From: an uncultured virus (IMG/VR IMGVR_UViG_3300042691_055975) | Taxonomy: Duplodnaviria > Heunggongvirae > Uroviricota > Caudoviricetes | Virus record (IMG/VR): IMGVR_UViG_3300042691_055975 | Reading direction: 5' to 3' (one strand) | Length of the DNA: 20,572 nucleotides | Part shown: positions 1 through 8,805 of the stretch, piece by piece | How positions within the stretch are numbered: the stretch's first letter is position 1 | Layout: each line of letters starts with the position of its first letter | Notes under the pieces: model-generated | The model's database searches: none | What the model was told of the DNA's origin: nothing | The model's input: the letters and a program-made list of their open reading frames with translations, nothing else | Translations under genes and position numbers: made by a program

Positions 1-1
1 T

Positions 2-55
2 GCCGTGTATCGGCCCGAAGCCTTCATTTACGGCGACTTCGGCCGCATCGCCTGA
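2..55 (+). CDS. C-terminal end of HK97-family major capsid protein (partial)
   Basis: Frame 2 reads AVYRPEAFIYGDFGRIA*, matching the typical (L)AVYRPEAF C-terminus of HK97-fold capsid proteins. It is followed by a terminator and head-tail genes. Not in the ORF track. Confidence 0.85.
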   Translation, partial: AVYRPEAFIYGDFGRIA

Positions 56-62
56 TGAGAAC

Positions 63-93
63 GGGTCCCTTGGATTTCCGAGGGACCCCTTTT
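63..93 (+). terminator. Rho-independent terminator after the capsid gene
   Basis: Stem GGGTCCCTTGG (63-73) / CCGAGGGACCC (78-88), 11 bp with one G-U pair, loop ATTT, followed by CTTTT. Confidence 0.75.
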
Positions 94-140
94 CCGATCA
101 TCGACGCGCACCTGCGCCGATGATCCGAAAGGAGCATCAC

Positions 141-446
141 ATGAGCAAGAAGACCTACCGCGTCCTGCGTCAGTTGGACGGTGACAAGCAATACCTGCCC
201 GGCGACACCCGCGAACTCTCTCCCGCCGATGCGAAGCATCTTGTCGATCTCGGCGCGCTGGTGGAAATCGACGGCGCCGCAGCCGATTACGACGAAGGAC
301 AGGAAGATGAAGGCGCGGGCGAAAAGGCTCAGCCGCCGGTCGAGAACAAGGCCGAGGCCCCCGTCGAGAACAAGGCAGAAGTGCCCGCCGCTTCTCGGGC
401 CAAGCCGGCCAAGGCATCGACCAAGCCGATCGAGAACAAGAACTGA
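141..446 (+). CDS. Small post-capsid hypothetical protein (101 aa) with low-complexity P(V/I)ENK repeats
   Basis: AAGGAG RBS at 129-134 favours ATG 141 over 120. The stop overlaps the next start (TGATG). Position is typical of head accessory proteins. Confidence 0.75.
   Translation: MSKKTYRVLRQLDGDKQYLPGDTRELSPADAKHLVDLGALVEIDGAAADYDEGQEDEGAGEKAQPPVENKAEAPVENKAEVPAASRAKPAKASTKPIENKN
339..440 (+). repeat. Short direct repeats TCGAGAACAAG x3 (coding P(V/I)ENK)
   Basis: GTCGAGAACAAGGC at 339-352 and 363-376 (24-nt period); TCGAGAACAAG at 430-440. Confidence 0.85.
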
Positions 447-1048
447 TGCGCGCGCTCGTCGTCATCCCTCCCGAGCCGGTCGTAACCTGGCCGGAAGCCC
501 AGGCGCATCTGCGCCTTGACGGTGACGGCGAGCAAGCCTTCGTGGAGGCGATGATCGCCGCCGCGACGGCCCATATCGACGGGCCTGCCGGCTGGCTGGG
601 CAGGGCGCTTGGGTTGCAGACAATCGAGGTTCGATTGCCGTCCTTCGGCGTCACTTCGATCGCGCTGCCATACCCTCCTGCCGTCGACATCGTGTCGATC
701 GAATATGTCGACGGCAACGGAGACGCCGCGATCCTTGACGATGAGGATTATGAACTGTCCGGTCCGCTGCTGCGTCCAGCCTGGCCGAACTCGTGGCCGG
801 CAGCGCAGTGGCGAGGGTGCGACGGGGATGCCGTGCGCATCCAGTATCGCGCCGGCTATGCGGTCAATCCTGACGCCGAGACGATCGTCCCGAACATTCC
901 CGCGCCCATCCGTGCTGCGATCCTGCTGATGGTGGGCGACCTTTACCGCTTCCGCACCTCGGCATCGGACATGAGCATAGCCCCGGCGTCCATACCCATG
1001 TCGACCACTGTCGAGAGCCTGCTGAACCCCTTCCGGGTGTATCGCTGA
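446..1048 (+). CDS. Head-tail connector protein (HK97 gp6 / phiE125 gp8-like)
   Basis: Motifs EPVVTWPEAQAHLRLD, IAAATAHID, IQYRAGY and IPAPIRAAILLMVGDLY..R, plus position after the capsid gene. Confidence 0.9.
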   Translation: MRALVVIPPEPVVTWPEAQAHLRLDGDGEQAFVEAMIAAATAHIDGPAGWLGRALGLQTIEVRLPSFGVTSIALPYPPAVDIVSIEYVDGNGDAAILDDEDYELSGPLLRPAWPNSWPAAQWRGCDGDAVRIQYRAGYAVNPDAETIVPNIPAPIRAAILLMVGDLYRFRTSASDMSIAPASIPMSTTVESLLNPFRVYR

Positions 1049-1386
1049 TGACGCTCGACCCTGGCACTCTTGATCGCCGCGTAACGATCTTGGCCGCGCA
1101 GTCTGAGGATGACGGATTTTCTTCGTCTCCGGGCGCTCCGGTCGAAGTAGGCAAGCGGTGGATGTCTCGAAAGGACATAGGCGACGGCGAGCGCATCAGA
1201 GCCGAGAGCTTCGGCTCGAAGATCAGCAGCAGGTTCGTCTGTCATTACGACAGCCTGACGTCGACAATCCGACCTGATCGTCACTCGCTGCTCTGCGAAG
1301 GCACGGTTTACAACGTAGTGGGCGTCAAAGAGATCGGCCGTCGCGAGGGGCTGGAGATCACCACCGCCGCCGAGTTGCAGTCGTGA
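1048..1386 (+). CDS. Head closure / head-tail adaptor (SPP1 gp16-like)
   Basis: N-terminal GTLDRRVTI and C-terminal YNVVGVKEIGRREGLEIT are characteristic; syntenic position. Confidence 0.85.
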   Translation: MTLDPGTLDRRVTILAAQSEDDGFSSSPGAPVEVGKRWMSRKDIGDGERIRAESFGSKISSRFVCHYDSLTSTIRPDRHSLLCEGTVYNVVGVKEIGRREGLEITTAAELQS

Positions 1387-1796
1387 AAGCTGGGCTGAGC
1401 GTAGAGGGCTTCGATGAGGCCGATCGAACACTTGTGCGGCTGGGGGGCATGCGGGACGCGGAGGCGCTCAAGGAAATCGGTATCGACGCGTTGGAACCTG
1501 TCGCTGATGCGGCCCGCGCGCTGGTGCGCCGCCGCACCGGCACCCTCGCCAACTCGATCCACGCGGGCGATCGGCTCAGCCCGGCGCAATCCGCCCTGAA
1601 CCACCCGGAGACGGGGACCGTTGAAATCTATGCTGGGCCGGGACCGCTGCCACAGGCGATCACCGAAGAGTTCGGCACCGTTCACGAGAGTGGGCACCCG
1701 TTCATGCGCCCGGCATGGGACAGCCGCGTCTCCGACGTCCAATCCCGCCTGAAGGACGGCTTGGGCAAGCGCCTTGATCGGATCGTGAAAGGCTGA
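1383..1796 (+). CDS. HK97 gp10-family neck/tail-completion protein
   Basis: Motifs RTGTLANSI and EFGTVHESGHPFMRPAWD; GTG start overlaps the previous stop. Confidence 0.88.
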   Translation: MKAGLSVEGFDEADRTLVRLGGMRDAEALKEIGIDALEPVADAARALVRRRTGTLANSIHAGDRLSPAQSALNHPETGTVEIYAGPGPLPQAITEEFGTVHESGHPFMRPAWDSRVSDVQSRLKDGLGKRLDRIVKG

Positions 1797-1798
1797 CG

Positions 1799-2173
1799 AT
1801 GGAAGAGCAATTCCGAGCAGCGCTGCTCGCGAACAGCGGGCTGGCGGCGATAGTCGGCACCCGGATCGACTGGGGGTTGCGCGGGCAGGTGCCCAGCATC
1901 CGTCTTCAGGTCGTGAGTGGCGTGCCCTTCTATACCCACAGCGGGCGTGACGAGATGACGCCCTATCTGGTTCAGGCCGACTGCTTCGGCGCACGATATG
2001 GCGACGCAAAGCGCGTTGCGCGCGCTGTTCAGGCAGCGTGCGGCGACCTTGGCCTGCCACACTTCAATTCCTGTTTCGTCGAAAACGAGCGCGACGATCA
2101 GGACGTGGATGCGGCGAGTAACCCCATCCATCGGACTTCGCTCGACCTGCGCCTCTGGCACTATGCATCTTAA
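1799..2173 (+). CDS. Tail terminator / completion protein (DUF3168-like)
   Basis: MEEQFRAALLA..LAAIVGTRI, VQADCFG..Y.DAK.VA.AV, HRTSLD; lies between gp10 and the tube gene. Confidence 0.8.
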   Translation: MEEQFRAALLANSGLAAIVGTRIDWGLRGQVPSIRLQVVSGVPFYTHSGRDEMTPYLVQADCFGARYGDAKRVARAVQAACGDLGLPHFNSCFVENERDDQDVDAASNPIHRTSLDLRLWHYAS

Positions 2174-2190
2174 CGACAGGAGAATGACCT

Positions 2191-2622
2191 ATGGCAGGTA
2201 ACAGCCAGGCGATGACGGGTCTTGGCATCAAGATCCGCATCAAGGTTCCGCCCGCAACCGCTTTCGCGGAAATCGGCGAGCCGTTCGAGATCACGCCGCC
2301 CCAGCAACTTGATGATGAGATCGAGGTGACCCACTTCGGCTCGCCCGACGGCGTGAAGGAATATATCGGCGGTCTGACCGATCCGGGCGAATGCTCGTTC
2401 ACGATCAACTATGTCCCTGGTGGCCCGACCGAAACGCTGGTGCTGGCGGCAAAGGCAACCCGCAAGCCGGTGCCCTTCGAGTTCGAGTGGCCGAACGGCG
2501 CTGTCTGGGCTTTCGATCTGCTGGTGCGTGGCTTCCAGCCCGCCGCGCCGCTGAACGACCGCCTTACCGCGCAGGTCACCGGGCGCTGCTCGGGTTCGAT
2601 CGTCCGCGAGCCGGCAGACTAA
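2191..2622 (+). CDS. Major tail tube protein
   Basis: Motif DEIEVTHFGSPDGVKEYIGGLTDPGECSFTINY of siphovirus tube proteins; AGGAG RBS upstream. Confidence 0.9.
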   Translation: MAGNSQAMTGLGIKIRIKVPPATAFAEIGEPFEITPPQQLDDEIEVTHFGSPDGVKEYIGGLTDPGECSFTINYVPGGPTETLVLAAKATRKPVPFEFEWPNGAVWAFDLLVRGFQPAAPLNDRLTAQVTGRCSGSIVREPAD

Positions 2623-2625
2623 CCG

Positions 2626-2982
2626 ATGGCGAACCCCATCAAGGGCGAGGTCGCCTGCAAGATCGGCGAGCAGGAATTTATCCTGCTCTACGACTTCAAC
2701 GCGCTCTGTACGATCGAGGCTGACCTTGGCGTCGATGTCGAGCAGCTCGGCGAACGTCTCGCAAGCCCGACCATGATCCGGTCCATCTTTCGTATCGGTC
2801 TCGAAGCCAAGCACGGCCTTATGACTGATCTGGAGGCGGGAAACCTGATCCACCAGTTGGGTGTGCAGCCCGCCGCCGAGGTGATCGCCAAGGCGTTCCA
2901 GGCGGCATTCCCCGATCCGGGCGCGAGCGCGGAGGGAAAGGCAGCGATCCCGAAGAAGCCTGGGACTGGCAAAGGGCGCTGA
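2626..2982 (+). CDS. Tail assembly chaperone (lambda gpG analogue)
   Basis: MANPIKGEV..., YDFNALC.IE motif; sits between tube and TMP; contains a slippery site near its 3' end. Confidence 0.85.
   Translation: MANPIKGEVACKIGEQEFILLYDFNALCTIEADLGVDVEQLGERLASPTMIRSIFRIGLEAKHGLMTDLEAGNLIHQLGVQPAAEVIAKAFQAAFPDPGASAEGKAAIPKKPGTGKGR
2934..2940 (+). other. Programmed -1 ribosomal frameshift site G GGA AAG
   Basis: In-frame GAG GGA AAG (E-G-K) gives the same heptamer as the lambda G/GT site. The -1 frame is open from 2940 to the stop at 3290. Confidence 0.85.
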
Positions 2983-3290
2983 CGATCTGGACCGAGCTTG
3001 GCCTCGGTCCAGATGCTGACAGCTTTTTCCGCAGCACCCCGCGCCTGATGAGCCTTCTCACCGAGGGCAAACGGCGCGCAGCGGAAAATGACCACCATGA
3101 TAGGGCATGGCTTGCCTGGCACACCGCCGCGCTCCAGCGGGCCAAGACAATGCCGCCGCTCAAGGAAGTGGCCGGGCCGCGCCGCAGCAAACAGCCCAAG
3201 CGCGCTATGACCGCCGACCAAATGCTGACGATGGCCCACATGTGGACTGCAGCGGCACCGCCAAAGAAGGGAAAGAAGCATGAGCGGTAA
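2940..3290 (+). CDS. Frameshift extension of the tail assembly chaperone (gpGT 'T' part; fusion 2626-3290, about 221 aa)
   Basis: The -1 frame reads GSDPEEAWDWQRALTIWTELGLGPDADSFFRSTPRL into the ORF-track 3048..3290 protein (MSLL...AWLAWHTAALQR). The FFxxTPR and AW.TA motifs are typical of T segments. Confidence 0.8.
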   Translation, partial: GSDPEEAWDWQRALTIWTELGLGPDADSFFRSTPRLMSLLTEGKRRAAENDHHDRAWLAWHTAALQRAKTMPPLKEVAGPRRSKQPKRAMTADQMLTMAHMWTAAAPPKKGKKHER

Positions 3291-6200
3291 CGCCGTGATC
3301 GGCGCCCTTCGCGGCGTCCTTATTCTCGACACGAACGACTGGACGCCGGCGGTTGGCCGGGCGCGCGGCGACCTTGCCGGTCTGCGCAGCGCGTTTCAGC
3401 AGTTGGGGACGGTGCTGGACGATCTGACGCGTAAAATGCGCGTCGTGGGCGTCGGCATGACGGCGGCCTTGACGGTCCCGCTGGCGGCGCTGGGGGTTTC
3501 GGCAAACCGGACGGCCAGCACCTTTGAAGCGGCAATGAAGCGGGTGGAGGCCGCGCTAAAGGGCGTCAGCGGGAACGAACTCAAGCGGCTTTCCGATCAG
3601 GCGAAGGCGCTTGGCCCTGCGGTCGGTAAAGGAGCGACCGATGCCGCCGAAGGTATTGAGGCCTTGGGCCTTGCGGGCGTCTCCACTTCTGACATCCTGG
3701 GCGGCGCGCTAAAGGCCACGCTGGACCTCGCGGCGGCGGGGATGGTGAATGTCGCGCCCGCCGCGAGCCTCGTCACCGATGTCATGGGACAGTTCAAGGC
3801 CACCACGGCGGAGTTGCCCGCGATCGTCAATGACGTCGTCGGTTCGCTCGACGCCTCGAAGTTCGGCTTCGAGGATTTCCAACTGGCAGTAGCGCAAGGC
3901 GGTGGGGTGGCGGCGGCGGCCGGGCTGAGCTTCCGCGATTTCGCGACCGCTATTGCTGCGACCAGCACCCAATTCAGCAGCGGGTCGGACGCGGGCACGT
4001 CCTTCAAAACCTATATTCAGAGCCTCGTTCCTGTCTCGAAAGATGCCGAGCGGGCGATGAAGATGCTCGGCATCGAGTTCTTCGATATGAAGACGGGGCG
4101 CATGAAGCCGCTGGCCGAACAGGCAGAGGTGCTGCGCAAGGCGCTGAGCGGACTTTCCGACAAGTCGAAGACCGATGCGCTGAAGACTATTTTCGGCTCG
4201 GACGCTTCGCGCACGGCAATCGCGCTGATGGAGCGCGGGCGGCAGGGCGTTCTGGACGTACAGAATGAAATCCTGCGCGGCGACGTCGGGGCGAAGATCG
4301 ACAAGCGTCTGGAGGGCGAGGCGGCTGCTACAAAGCGCGTTGCGAACGCCTTCGAGAGCCTGAAAATCGCCATTGGCGAGGCGGGCCTCACCGCCCTCAT
4401 GACGTCGATCAAAAATGCTTGGGCATCGCTTCTTGAAGCGCTTGCCGGCGCTAACCCTGTGTTCCTGCAGATCGGTGTCGTCGTCGGCGCGCTGGTGGCT
4501 GCCTTGGGGCCGCTGGTAGCCATCGGCGGGCTTATCGCCAAAGTCATCCTTGTCCGGCTGGCGCAGGGGTTCGGCCTGATCGGTCGTGCCATCGCTTTCA
4601 TCATCGCGCCTGCCGAGGCGCTGATTGCGACATTGCTGGAGTTCGGGGCAGCGCGCGCGTTGACGGCCGGACTTGGCATGGTAGCCCGTGCCTTTCTTGG
4701 CCTCGCAGGGCCGATTGGCTGGGCGGTGGGGGCATTCCTCCTGTTCAAGGACAACATCAGCGTTGCCCTACAGCGGGTGTGGGAGATCGCGACGCAGGTT
4801 CTTGGGCCTCCGCTGGCTGCGCTGTTCGCCCAGGTCGGCACAGTCGTAAGCAATGTTGTGAATGGCCCGATTGGCTCTGCTTTCGGTGCCCTGATGTCTC
4901 TTCTCGGAGGCGTTCTTGATGTGGTCGGCACTGTTGTGACCGGCCTCATCGAGTTGCTGGGCGTGGCGCTCGTGCAGACCATTGCGGTGGCCGTTCGCGC
5001 CATTTCAGGCATTGTTTCGGTGATCAGCAACATCGTGAGCGCGGTGGGCGCGTTGCTCACAGGCGACTTCGCCGGGGCTTGGAATTATGCGGCTGCTGCG
5101 GTGGACTCTGCGGTGCAGACGATCCTTGATCTCGTCGGTGCCGTGCTTCCCGAGCTGAGCGCGGCGTTGAAGGCGATCTATGAGGCGGCAAAGACCTGGC
5201 TGGTGGATGCGTTCGGCACCGTGGCTGAAAGTTTCACCTCCTTGGTGGCCGGTGCCGTCAATTGGGTGTCGTCCGCATTCCCCAATGTCGTCAGCGCAGC
5301 GAAGGGCGTTTATGAGGGCGTCAAGGCTTGGCTGGTCGACAAGTTCGGCGTTCTCATGACATGGATCGGTAACGCCGCGACGTGGATCGGTGATAAATAT
5401 GCGGCGCTGAAGGAGCGGCTCGGCTTGGGCGGCTCCAAGCCCGACCAGGGCGGCAACGCTCCCGCAGCGCCCCAACCCGCAGTCGCCCCGCCCGCGACTG
5501 GCGGTGGACGCACCGTCAACTTCGACGCTCCAGCTCGCCAGAAGAAGGGTCGGGACACGAAATATGACGGCGAGAACCGCGAGCAGCTTGCATTACAGGC
5601 GGAACTTGAAGCCGCTCGTCTAAAGGGTGACCGGGAGACGGAGCAGCGCCTTCAGGATCGCCTTGCGCTCTCCAAGCAGATTGAAGCCTACCAGCGCACC
5701 GGACTGACGCTGGATCAGGCCAAGATCGCCGCCAGTCGCGACATGAATATGCTTCAGGCCGCGCGCGGCGTCGCGGTGTCGAAGGAGCTTGAAGACGAAC
5801 GACTGGCGGCATCTATCGATGTCGCGCGCCTCGATCGTGACCAAGCGACCATTGCGGCCTTGGAGCGGCAGCAGGAACTGAAGCGCCGCATCGCCTTCTA
5901 TTATGAGCAGACGAAGAACCTGGCCGAAGCGACGCAGCTGGCGGAGGCAGATCAACTTCGCATGGACGAAGCCCGCGCGCGTGTCCGGTCGCGCTGGCTT
6001 GCTGATGATGCCGCCGACCGGGCGCTGCGCCTTGCGCAGCAGCGCGGCGACACCGAGGCCACGGTCAAAGCGCTTCAGCGCGAGGTCGATATCCGTCAGC
6101 GGGCGCGCGATCTTGAGGAAAACGGCAACCTCGATCACAAGACGGCAGTCGCCCAGGCGGCCACCGAGTGGGATCAGGAGGATCGCGCACGCATGGTCGG

Positions 6201-6810
6201 CAATGTCCGGGCCACGTTCCGCGATGGCATCCGGGCCGCCATGGATGGAAATATCGGCGACTTCTTCAAGAACTGGTGGCGTGACAAGATCGCGCGGGGG
6301 ATGGAAGAGGCGATCAACTCGCTGTCGAACCTCGTGATGAAGCTGTTTTCGAAGATCGGTAGCGGGTCGTCGGGCGGCGGCCTTCTCGGTGGGCTTGGCA
6401 AGATCTTCGCCGGGCTGACAGGCGGCGGCAATCCCTTGGCCGGTTCCATTGAAACGGCCTACGCGAACGTCAACTCCTTGGCAGCCAACCTCAAGCCCGG
6501 TCTTCTGGACGTCGCCGCGCTTCCGGCCTTCGCCACGGGTGGCTCCTTCAAGGTAGGAGGCATGTCCGGCGTTGACGCCAATGTCGTGTCGTTCCGCGCG
6601 ACCAAGGGCGAAATGGTCGACATCCGCAAGCCCGGTAACGACAATTCTGGCGGGCGCTGGGTCATAGAGCCGTCGGAATGGTTCGACGTCCGCGCAGCCG
6701 GCGCGGCTCAGCCCGGAATTGATGCAATGGGCATTCGCGCGGCTGCTGGCGGCAGCGCCATGGCGCGGTCGCAGGCGGCGCGAGCGGCGCGGCGTAGGCT
6801 CAACCGATGA
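3280..6810 (+). CDS. Tail tape measure protein (TP901-like core), 1176 aa
   Basis: FEAAMKRVEA..., GSDAGTSFKT and ALKTIFGSDA.R core; central hydrophobic Ala/Gly/Val repeats with periodic W/F; charged helical region; C-terminal FATGGSFKVGG motif. Confidence 0.95.
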   Translation: MSGNAVIGALRGVLILDTNDWTPAVGRARGDLAGLRSAFQQLGTVLDDLTRKMRVVGVGMTAALTVPLAALGVSANRTASTFEAAMKRVEAALKGVSGNELKRLSDQAKALGPAVGKGATDAAEGIEALGLAGVSTSDILGGALKATLDLAAAGMVNVAPAASLVTDVMGQFKATTAELPAIVNDVVGSLDASKFGFEDFQLAVAQGGGVAAAAGLSFRDFATAIAATSTQFSSGSDAGTSFKTYIQSLVPVSKDAERAMKMLGIEFFDMKTGRMKPLAEQAEVLRKALSGLSDKSKTDALKTIFGSDASRTAIALMERGRQGVLDVQNEILRGDVGAKIDKRLEGEAAATKRVANAFESLKIAIGEAGLTALMTSIKNAWASLLEALAGANPVFLQIGVVVGALVAALGPLVAIGGLIAKVILVRLAQGFGLIGRAIAFIIAPAEALIATLLEFGAARALTAGLGMVARAFLGLAGPIGWAVGAFLLFKDNISVALQRVWEIATQVLGPPLAALFAQVGTVVSNVVNGPIGSAFGALMSLLGGVLDVVGTVVTGLIELLGVALVQTIAVAVRAISGIVSVISNIVSAVGALLTGDFAGAWNYAAAAVDSAVQTILDLVGAVLPELSAALKAIYEAAKTWLVDAFGTVAESFTSLVAGAVNWVSSAFPNVVSAAKGVYEGVKAWLVDKFGVLMTWIGNAATWIGDKYAALKERLGLGGSKPDQGGNAPAAPQPAVAPPATGGGRTVNFDAPARQKKGRDTKYDGENREQLALQAELEAARLKGDRETEQRLQDRLALSKQIEAYQRTGLTLDQAKIAASRDMNMLQAARGVAVSKELEDERLAASIDVARLDRDQATIAALERQQELKRRIAFYYEQTKNLAEATQLAEADQLRMDEARARVRSRWLADDAADRALRLAQQRGDTEATVKALQREVDIRQRARDLEENGNLDHKTAVAQAATEWDQEDRARMVGNVRATFRDGIRAAMDGNIGDFFKNWWRDKIARGMEEAINSLSNLVMKLFSKIGSGSSGGGLLGGLGKIFAGLTGGGNPLAGSIETAYANVNSLAANLKPGLLDVAALPAFATGGSFKVGGMSGVDANVVSFRATKGEMVDIRKPGNDNSGGRWVIEPSEWFDVRAAGAAQPGIDAMGIRAAAGGSAMARSQAARAARRRLNR

Positions 6811-7403
6811 GCATTCTCCTCCCGGTCTCGCCGCAGCCCACAGACGGCACGACACCTGCCTATCTCGACTATGGTGGTATCCTGCGTCCTATCCTCGGCG
6901 GCGCACTTCAAAAGCTCCTTAGGCTGGGTGACCGTTTCGCAATCGACGTAGTGATGCCCCCCATGCCGACTGAGGCTGTGGGCCGAGTGTGGATATCCCG
7001 GCTCATCCAGGCGCAACGGCAGGGTGCAATCTTGCGGTGGCCCCAGCTTGGCTTCGTCGTGGGAAACCTCGGGTCGCCAGTCGTGAATGGGGCCAATCAG
7101 TCTGGCAGCACGCTAGTCATGCGGGGGTTTGCGGCGGGCTATGTCATTCGCGAGGGCCAGTTCTTCTCGGTCATTCACGGCGGACGCCGGTATCTCATCA
7201 TGTCGACCAGCGATGTGACCGTGCCAGCGAACGGTGTTGTCGGGCTGCCCATCACTCCAATGATGCGGTTTCGCGCTTCGGACGGCGCGATCATTGAAGC
7301 CGACCCCAAGATTGAGGGGCTTCTTGAGGGCGACAGTCGCGAATGGACGCTCAGCGCGGCCATGACCGTCGGCCTCAATTTCAGGATCACCGAGACGAAA
7401 TGA
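6807..7403 (+). CDS. Distal tail (Dit-like) protein
   Basis: 198 aa, directly after the TMP with an ATGA overlap, beta-rich. Function is assigned by synteny. Confidence 0.6.
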   Translation: MSILLPVSPQPTDGTTPAYLDYGGILRPILGGALQKLLRLGDRFAIDVVMPPMPTEAVGRVWISRLIQAQRQGAILRWPQLGFVVGNLGSPVVNGANQSGSTLVMRGFAAGYVIREGQFFSVIHGGRRYLIMSTSDVTVPANGVVGLPITPMMRFRASDGAIIEADPKIEGLLEGDSREWTLSAAMTVGLNFRITETK

Positions 7404-8038
7404 CCAGCCTTACCCCTGCGCTAGACGCCGAACTGCGGAAGGACACGCCGCTTATTTTCGGCAGCGTGTCGGTCGATCTGCCTGGATACAGCCTCAACCT
7501 TCTGGATGGTGCTGGCGTCCTTTCGTTCGGCGGCCGGACGTTCGTCGGCGAAGATGCCACCTATGGCACGATTTCCGACGTTGAAGACTTGTCGGACGGG
7601 ACAGGCGATAGTGCCCCTGCATTTGGCATGACGTTAATGCCCAGCGGGGACGCCGCCGCCGCCGATCTGGCCGCGCCGACGATGCAGGGCGCGCCGGTAA
7701 TGGTGTGGATGGGGGCCGTGAACCCATCTACCGGCATCCCTGTTCCTGATCCGCAGCTTGTCTTCGTCGGCGAACTGGACGTTCCTACGCTGGAAAGCGA
7801 CGAGCACAGCCGGAAGCTGACATATGAGGTCGTCAGCGTCTTCGAGCGCCTTTTTGAGGACGATGAGAGCGCCCGTCTGTCGGCAGGGCATCATCGCAGC
7901 ATATTTCCGAATGAGGAAGGCATGGACTTCGCCACCGGCGTCGCAGAGCCGGTCTATTGGGGTGTCGCTGGAACGCCGCCCGCCATCACCACCTACAGCG
8001 GCGGCAGCGGCTATAGTCAAAGAAACCAGTTGGTATGA
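7400..8038 (+). CDS. Tail tip hub / minor tail protein (DUF2163-like), 212 aa
   Basis: ATG 7400 overlaps the prior stop (ATGA) and is preferred over 7343. Motifs FGGRTFVG, VFVGELD and IFPNEEGMDF..GV..PVYWG; syntenic position. Confidence 0.65.
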   Translation: MTSLTPALDAELRKDTPLIFGSVSVDLPGYSLNLLDGAGVLSFGGRTFVGEDATYGTISDVEDLSDGTGDSAPAFGMTLMPSGDAAAADLAAPTMQGAPVMVWMGAVNPSTGIPVPDPQLVFVGELDVPTLESDEHSRKLTYEVVSVFERLFEDDESARLSAGHHRSIFPNEEGMDFATGVAEPVYWGVAGTPPAITTYSGGSGYSQRNQLV

Positions 8039-8475
8039 CCGCGACCGATCCCATGGTGCGCCGCGTCCAAGCTGCACAAACCACGCTTGATCGCTGGAGC
8101 GTCCGCCCGATGAAGCTGGGCACGTCAGACTGCGTCCGCATGACAGCGGCGCATCTGCGTCTTCTGGGTTACCGGGTCAAACTTCCGCCTTCCGGCTCAT
8201 ACCGGACGATCAAGGGAGCATTTAAAGCGCTAAAGGAGCGCGGCTTCGACACTGTCGCAGACGCCTTGGACGCGATGGGGCTGGAGCGCATCGCCCCCGC
8301 CGCCGCCGTGGTCGGTGACGTCGTCATGATGCCGGGGGTAGACGGTCTAGGGGCGCTAACGATCCAACTGACGAACGGGCGAGTCATCGGCTATCATGAT
8401 GACGCGCCAAGCGGGGCGACGGCGCTTCAGCCCTTGGAGTTCGTCACCGCTTGGCGCGCTGATCCACTCAAGTAA
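8035..8475 (+). CDS. NlpC/P60-like tail tip assembly protein (lambda gpK position; DUF6950-like)
   Basis: G.SDCV motif near the N-terminus and A..GDVV motif; position between hub and central fibre. Confidence 0.7.
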   Translation: MTATDPMVRRVQAAQTTLDRWSVRPMKLGTSDCVRMTAAHLRLLGYRVKLPPSGSYRTIKGAFKALKERGFDTVADALDAMGLERIAPAAAVVGDVVMMPGVDGLGALTIQLTNGRVIGYHDDAPSGATALQPLEFVTAWRADPLK

Positions 8476-8484
8476 ATCGCCAAG

Positions 8485-8805
8485 TCACAAGCAAGCCTGC
8501 GCCGAAGCGTCTTTCAGCCAAAGGCGCACGCTCGTTCCATCTTCATCTCCTTCAAGATCGGCGCGCGCCATTGCGGTGCCATTAAACTGACCATTCGCGA
8601 TCCAGATGATCGTCGCCTTATTTGGCCGATCCGGCTGCCGATAGACATTCGGAATGGGAACTCCGGGCAGGTCGATCAGGCAGCGTTCGATATCCCCGAT
8701 CGATTTCGCAGACCTGCGCTCGATCACAGGTGGCCTGCCTTGGAATTTGCTGATTGGCCCCTCGGCAGCCAGTGCCATGGCGCCGATCGAAAATCCGATA
8801 ATCAT
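8485..8805 (-). CDS. Reverse-strand moron: small, probably exported hypothetical protein (106 aa; alternative start 8811)
   Basis: Fills the gap between two tail genes. AAGGAG lies 6 nt upstream of ATG 8805. Short hydrophobic N-terminus MIIGFSIGAMALAA; two Cys (ERCL and terminal ACL). Confidence 0.7.
   Translation of the reverse strand: MIIGFSIGAMALAAEGPISKFQGRPPVIERRSAKSIGDIERCLIDLPGVPIPNVYRQPDRPNKATIIWIANGQFNGTAMARADLEGDEDGTSVRLWLKDASAQACL

Noticed and set aside
339..440. CRISPR-like repeat array
   Set aside because: Repeats are 11-14 nt, in frame within a CDS and irregularly spaced, with no cas genes.
3048..3290. Independent 80-aa gene starting at ATG 3048
   Set aside because: No SD upstream, and conserved-looking sequence continues upstream in frame to the slippery site; better explained as the frameshift extension.
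4017..6855. Long minus-strand ORFs (347 aa, 411 aa) and similar ones at 9426-10391, 14043-14981, 14968-15990 and 17576-18331
   Set aside because: Antisense shadows of well-supported GC-rich genes, with no recognisable motifs.
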